Source: a virus (taxonomy: Duplodnaviria; Caudoviricetes). Taken from it: a stretch of 52,467 nt of DNA. Both the position numbers and the translations under genes were made by a program. The stretch spans positions 1 to 52,467 of the IMG/VR virus record IMGVR_UViG_3300033153_006994; one strand, written 5' to 3'. Shown piece by piece: positions 47,889 through 52,467 of the stretch; the first letter of the stretch is position 1; every line of letters begins with the position of its first letter. A model generated the notes under the pieces. That model did not search any database, was not told where the DNA came from, and worked only from the letters and a program-made list of their open reading frames with translations.

Positions 47889-48132
47889 TGACAGTTCGTC
47901 GATCTTCTTCCGGAAAAGTTCGTCATGGCGTTCTGGGATCACAAACTTGGGATAGTGGATGCCGCCAATCGTCAAACTCTTTGAATGTCCTGTCGAGGTT
48001 GTCGAACCCCTCCTATAAGGCAATCCGAAGATCGTATTCGCCTGGTGCTTCGGATCCGCTGCGCCGTGTACAGATTTTTCTCCAGGATTTGAACACTTAC
48101 CCATGGGTTTCGGCTGCCCTTGGACAGGAACT

Positions 48133-48179
48133 GGTCGGCAATCGGGTCGATGACTTCATCATCGACCCGATTGCCGACC
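48133..48179. terminator. Perfect 21-bp inverted repeat between convergent operons
   Basis: GGTCGGCAATCGGGTCGATGA-cttca-TCATCGACCCGATTGCCGACC followed by TTTGTT on the plus strand. Confidence 0.6.
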
Positions 48180-48252
48180 TTTGTTGTCACCAACCAATAG
48201 TCACTGTTCTAGGCCCGCTTCGCTCAACTTGGATATTGGTTTCATAAGAATC

Positions 48253-48816
48253 TCAATCACTCAAGGACATGGTGCCACCACAAACACAAGTTGGTGCTCC
48301 TAAGTCAGCCCATTTGCGACTTGTCCTGAGAAGGTATCCACATGAGTCACATGTCACCTTGAGCATCCATGTGCTTTGGGGTTTCTTAGTAATAGGCGTC
48401 AACTTAGCGTGTGGATATTCGCCTAACTCTTCTTCGATGGCCCTCAGCCGAACCATCAAAACCTTCCCAGCGACAGTCGCCGTCATTTTTCCAGTGAGTC
48501 CAATGGCCTTCGCGGTGACGCGAAACGGACCCTTGTGACCTTCTTCACAGCCAACGGCGGCATGAACCAGTTCATGGACCAGTACGTCGAGCACCTTGAT
48601 TGCGTCACTGAGCATCGGGTTGATGAAAACCTCGGTAGTCTCATCCTCGGAGCAACTGGGAGGGAAGCATTGTCCAATCACCTGTTTCTTCCCCGGTCGC
48701 CCGCCTGTGCTCGGCCATCCGCATGTGACGCGGAGCTTCTTCGGGATTGGGCTGATGGGCTTGAAGTCCTCTCGAAGGAGGGTAGTGGCGGCATTGAGCC
48801 ATTCTTCACGTGTCAT
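48253..48816 (-). CDS. SprT-like metalloprotease
   Basis: HELVH, GHKGPF, C-terminal CDSC/CVC; AAGGAG SD. Confidence 0.8.
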   Translation of the reverse strand: MTREEWLNAATTLLREDFKPISPIPKKLRVTCGWPSTGGRPGKKQVIGQCFPPSCSEDETTEVFINPMLSDAIKVLDVLVHELVHAAVGCEEGHKGPFRVTAKAIGLTGKMTATVAGKVLMVRLRAIEEELGEYPHAKLTPITKKPQSTWMLKVTCDSCGYLLRTSRKWADLGAPTCVCGGTMSLSD

Positions 48817-48849
48817 GTCGTTCTCCTTAGGTTTCGATTGTCTATCTCA

Positions 48850-48877
48850 AGTCTACCACGTTTATACGAGATGTCAA
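48850..48877 (-). promoter_or_regulatory. Sigma70-like promoter for the SprT-like gene
   Basis: TTGACA-16 nt-TAGACT with extended -10 TG; 12-bp inverted repeat TTCAGAAATGGC at 48895-48922 just upstream. Confidence 0.65.
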
Positions 48878-49296
48878 GTGAGAAAATCTGAAAATTCAGA
48901 AATGGCCATAGCCATTTCTGAAAGAATGGGCTTTGCCCGCTGCGCCGAATTGACCCCACCCTACCCACGGGCAGCCAGACACTACAAAACAAGGGTCTGA
49001 GAAGCCGGACGAGATCAACTGCCACCCTTTTGGCAAGGAAAATTCAGTGTAAGTCATTGGCATGTCGTGGGTTAAATGAGGTATTTGGCAAAATAAGGGG
49101 TAAAAATACCTTGCATCTACTTATACACTTTTATATTAAGTTTTTCTATAGGTTTAATATATAAAGTATACTCCCTTATTTGGCTACTTTTTGACGTAAG
49201 CTGAATTGCCACACTGGCTTCCATCCAGGCGCAGAACTCGTTTTAGGGTAAACCGTTACTCGAAATCGCCAAATTGCATCATGTCACTTCCAAAAG

Positions 49297-50007
49297 TGTA
49301 TCATTTTGATACAAGTGTGTTGAGCTAATGTATCAAAATACTACACCCCCAGTGATAGGGTTTTCCCTACCATTAGGGGGTATAATAAACGATTATCGCC
49401 ACATCCCTGTCACATTTACATCTACATCTTGACGCGGCACCTGTTCATGAAAAATTCAAAATCCGTGTCGATAGGGCAGCGGGATATAGTATCTAGGTGG
49501 GGTATGTTACCCACCCGGATTTTGACCCCCTCTTCGGGGATCGTCACACTACCCATTCAATCATACCTTAGTATGTACATACACATACGATAGGATGATC
49601 GGCACAACCATCACCCCCTTGATGGGTGGGTTCGCATAGCTTACATTATGCGAACCTATTGATAGGTGGTATGTACCCCTTTGCGAGAGGGAGATCGGCA
49701 TTTACTATATCACCCACCACTGGGGTCAGTTCACCACCCCATCCCTTCATCTAGGTGACTTCTATACCTGTGGGTGTCTTTACCCTATTTGGGTGTAGTC
49801 AAAATGACTGCGCGCTATCAAAGTGTAGTCATTTTGATACCCCCTAAGCAGGGGGTTTTGAGCGCGGTCATTAACCGCGCGCATACTTCCGTCCATTTTG
49901 TTGACGTAACCTCTTACCACATATAGACTTAGCAATCTGCCATTTTGGTAGACTTTAAGAAATACCTGCCATTTTGGCAGTCTCCAGTGTAGTCATATTG
50001 ACTACAC
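49297..50007. promoter_or_regulatory. Five related palindromic protein-binding sites, GTGTA(G)TCA-N3-TGA(C)TAC
   Basis: Copies at about 49297, 49329, 49793, 49823 and 49987; the last has perfect 9-bp arms (GTGTAGTCA-TAT-TGACTACAC). Confidence 0.7.
49629..49656. other. dif-like Xer recombination site
   Basis: Minus strand GGTTCGCATAA-TGTAAG-CTATGCGAACC: 11-6-11 architecture resembling the XerC arm and spacer of bacterial dif. Confidence 0.7.
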
Positions 50008-50100
50008 CTATCCGCTACTGGGGTGGTAGATACACCTATCCGCTATTGGGGTGGTAGATACATCTATCCGCTAGTGGGGTAGTAGATACACCCTATCCAC
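50003..50100. repeat. 28-bp tandem repeat, about 3.5 copies (iteron-like)
   Basis: TACACCTATCCGCTA[C/T/G]TGGGGTGGTAGA at 50003, 50031, 50059, partial at 50087. Confidence 0.9.
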
Positions 50101-50150
50101 TCACCCGTCGCAATCATCATAGTTACTCATTTCTCCTTCTCTTAGGTGGT

Positions 50151-50255
50151 ACACACCACACACCACACACACCACACACCACACACCACACACCACACAC
50201 CACACACCACACACCACACACACCACACACCACACACCACACACCACACACCACC
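50151..50255. repeat. (ACACACC)n simple repeat, about 14 units with occasional extra AC
   Basis: Direct read. Confidence 0.95.
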
Positions 50256-50430
50256 GTATGAGAGAGGTAGCCAGGTCACAGGCTAGGGAATCCAGAAGAA
50301 TTTCTGCGCCATACAATCGCGCCAGATAATACAGACTCACACTTCTGCGCCATACAGCCGCGCCATGTGTCGCAATCTCTACCCGATTCTTCGGTTCCTA
50401 ATCTATTTTGAAAATTCCGCGCTTTGCCGT

Positions 50431-50458
50431 TTGCTTCCGTCTATGTATGGTGTATACT
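50431..50458 (+). promoter_or_regulatory. Sigma70-like early promoter
   Basis: TTGCTT-16 nt-TATACT upstream of GAGG SD and ATG at 50507. Confidence 0.55.
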
Positions 50459-50506
50459 TTAGATACTGAGGCAACACGAACCACACAACAAACGAGGAAA
50501 CAAACA

Positions 50507-51222
50507 ATGGTCACAATCGTTACTATCTACCTGATCGGAATTGTCTTTTTTGCCGCGCTCGTCTACTCCGCGCGCCCGACAATAGGCGGACGGTGGTAAC
50601 CCGCAATCAGGAGTCTGGAATCATGCGAGAGTCAATCGGCCGCTATCAGGGTGTCAGTTATCGGCGACAGCGTATTTGCGATATGTTCTATGGAAATGAT
50701 TGCAAAGCATTCTGGTATTTTGCGTATATTGATGATTCGCCTACGGGTGACTTTTTCCGCACTCTCCAGGATTTTCGCAACGCTGTTGACGCCAAACAAT
50801 CTGAACAATCCTTACAAATGGGAGCATGGTCATGACCAGCCCAGACATCAAAACCATCGAATTCGTGTCAGCCCGAGAATTGGAATTATCAGCATGGTTC
50901 TATTCACTAGGACAATGCAAACGGACGGAAGTACGTTCACGACCAGTATATTCGCACCAATTGTACCCACTCCGAAGAAAGGATGACTGATGACTTTCAA
51001 AATTCACATTCGCCGCACAATACGTGCAATCAGAAAGGCTCTTACTCCTCTATCGGACATGGACTACACCCTTCGGAAATACCGGAAATATCGTGCCAAC
51101 CATTCTCATCGACCTTGTGGGTCATAACCTGGAGAATCAACATGTTGTGGTTTGTAGTGATTCTGATGGTTGTACTGATTCCAGCATTCATGTGGGATAA
51201 TATCCGGAGGTATGGGATATGA
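50507..51222 (+). CDS. Cluster of small early-type ORFs (50507-50599 TM, 50623-50835, further short ORFs, 51142-51222 TM)
   Basis: Short SD-preceded or coupled ORFs downstream of the promoter; individual boundaries less certain. Confidence 0.5.
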
Positions 51223-51551
51223 TGAATACAGCGATTACTCAGTGTGGCAGGATTCGTGCGAATCATCCGGTTCGTGAGGATTTTGCCGGTTGTACTACTG
51301 GTAGTGTGAAAGGGGTAGGTCGTACTGGTTATTACATGACTAAGGGTCATGCTATCAATACGTTTGATGACAGATTGCAGATTTATGGCCTTTGCCTGAA
51401 TACTGATGATCTCTTCGATTTTCCTGGCGACAATGGTCGCAAGACAATTGCCATTCATAACGAATTCGGCAGAACTGTCGGTTATGCCATCTTGACGTGG
51501 CATCGTATGGAAATTTCCGGCCAATATGAATTTATTGGTTATCTCGCATAG
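51219..51551 (+). CDS. Hypothetical phage protein
   Basis: GGAGG SD; C-terminal TWHRM.SG.YE.IGYL motif. Confidence 0.7.
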   Translation: MMNTAITQCGRIRANHPVREDFAGCTTGSVKGVGRTGYYMTKGHAINTFDDRLQIYGLCLNTDDLFDFPGDNGRKTIAIHNEFGRTVGYAILTWHRMEISGQYEFIGYLA

Positions 51552-51659
51552 GTGAATCATGCCAGATGGGAAACGTAAGCGCAGACATAACGGTTGTACC
51601 ACTAAACGTAGGTGGTACGCATTACACCGATCACGCCGATTCAACAGGAGATTTGGATT

Positions 51660-52349
51660 ATGAAGAATTCATTTGAGAACACACCCGCCCATTGTCATGA
51701 TTGTCACAAGTTTGCCGATTGTAGGCAAGCGCAGAACATGATGGCGGATACCCCTCCAGTGGAGGGTTGGGCTGATGTGTGTTTGGATGTTTATTGTGCC
51801 AATTGTGATGGTGATGATGGTTGGGGCACCCCTTATGAGGGTGCGTCGGATAGCCCCACCCATTGTGCGGGTTGTGGTGTTCCGATTATTCATGAATTGA
51901 CGGCTGAAGGGGTTGAGTATGTTCGTAAGGCTCTTACTAATGGTGGCAGTTGTTGCGCCGAAGTGTGGCCTACCATTTGGGCGGATTATGACGTTCAGCC
52001 GAAGATTCCGGTCGATTCGATTGTGATACCTACACGGTTTGTTGAACTTTGTGAGAGTTGGGCGGGTGACATCAATTGTATGCTTCGCGCCGTATCATCC
52101 ACGGGAAACCTCACAATCGGAACCCACCGACCGAGGGGTTGTGATACTGATGAAAAGTGGTATCTTACCATCTGGCGTAGATTGTTGAATGATATTGGTT
52201 ATGTCATTCGACTTGCTGAAAAGTCAGGTTGTACCGATCTAAATGATCTTGCCGATCTTGTCGATTTTGACATTTGGGTTGATGAACAGGTTGCACGGTT
52301 GGAGTGGTCATATAGATTGGCCAATTGGGACGCTTCTGACGATTGCTAA
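51660..52349 (+). CDS. Hypothetical Cys-rich protein
   Basis: AGGAG SD before ATG at 51660; CHDC, CANC, HCAGC. Confidence 0.7.
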   Translation: MKNSFENTPAHCHDCHKFADCRQAQNMMADTPPVEGWADVCLDVYCANCDGDDGWGTPYEGASDSPTHCAGCGVPIIHELTAEGVEYVRKALTNGGSCCAEVWPTIWADYDVQPKIPVDSIVIPTRFVELCESWAGDINCMLRAVSSTGNLTIGTHRPRGCDTDEKWYLTIWRRLLNDIGYVIRLAEKSGCTDLNDLADLVDFDIWVDEQVARLEWSYRLANWDASDDC

Positions 52350-52358
52350 GCGCGGACG

Positions 52359-52467
52359 GGCGACCAGCAGGCGACCAGCAGGCGACCAGCAGGCGACCAG
52401 CAGGCGACCAGCAGGCGACCAGCAGGCGACCAGCAGGCGACCAGCAGGCGACCAGCAGGCGACCAGC
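52359..52467. repeat. 11-bp perfect tandem repeat GGCGACCAGCA, about 10 copies, truncated by the window end
   Basis: Direct read. Confidence 0.95.

Larger units (their letters stand above)
1..52467. mobile_element. Tailed dsDNA bacteriophage (siphovirus-like), partial genome
   Basis: Terminase, portal, scaffold, capsid, tail tube, tape measure and tail-tip genes in one minus-strand operon; no tail sheath; no host housekeeping synteny; no replication module or matching termini in the window. Confidence 0.95.

Noticed and set aside
48133-48179. Protelomerase target site
   Set aside because: Has a non-palindromic 5-nt centre and no protelomerase gene was seen
50101-50340. 79-aa ORF with CVVCGVW repeats
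   Set aside because: Translation artefact of the ACACACC simple repeat
50003-52467. CRISPR array
   Set aside because: Repeats are head-to-tail with no unique spacers and no cas genes are present
1-52467. Complete genome, tRNA genes or self-splicing introns
   Set aside because: Ends do not overlap and replication genes are missing; no cloverleaf was recognised; endonucleases lie between genes and do not interrupt them

Overview
A 52.5 kb partial genome of a long-tailed (siphovirus-like) dsDNA phage, probably infecting Planctomycetota (inferred from host-like accessory proteins). A continuous minus-strand late operon (about 38,000 to 770) encodes a putative TerS, an envelope-targeted peptidase/thioredoxin cluster, a GpA-type TerL, portal, duplicated head-tail adaptors, scaffold, a P22-like capsid protein, two tail tube paralogs, a frameshifting tail chaperone, tape measure, an elaborate modular fibre/decoration set and a tail-tip hub. 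A plus-strand accessory operon (38,200-47,900) carries an IscU/SufU-like scaffold, a radical SAM enzyme, DeoC, a deoxyribosyltransferase-like protein and a metallophosphoesterase. A repeat- and palindrome-rich non-coding region (48,850-50,460) contains a dif-like Xer site and is followed by small early-type genes and an 11-bp tandem array running off the end. No integrase, DNA replication genes, canonical endolysin, tRNA or CRISPR array was recognised. Most notable: (1) a predicted donor-strand docking system that decorates tail and neck, with the neck copy interrupted at a C11 tract; (2) a lipoprotein/thioredoxin/cysteine-peptidase cluster that may be a non-canonical lysis system; (3) a dif-like site; (4) an ATC-initiated second tail tube gene; (5) a shared N-terminal motif on scaffold and capsid; (6) a DeoC-centred deoxynucleotide module. 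All family assignments come from motif recognition by eye, not database searches.
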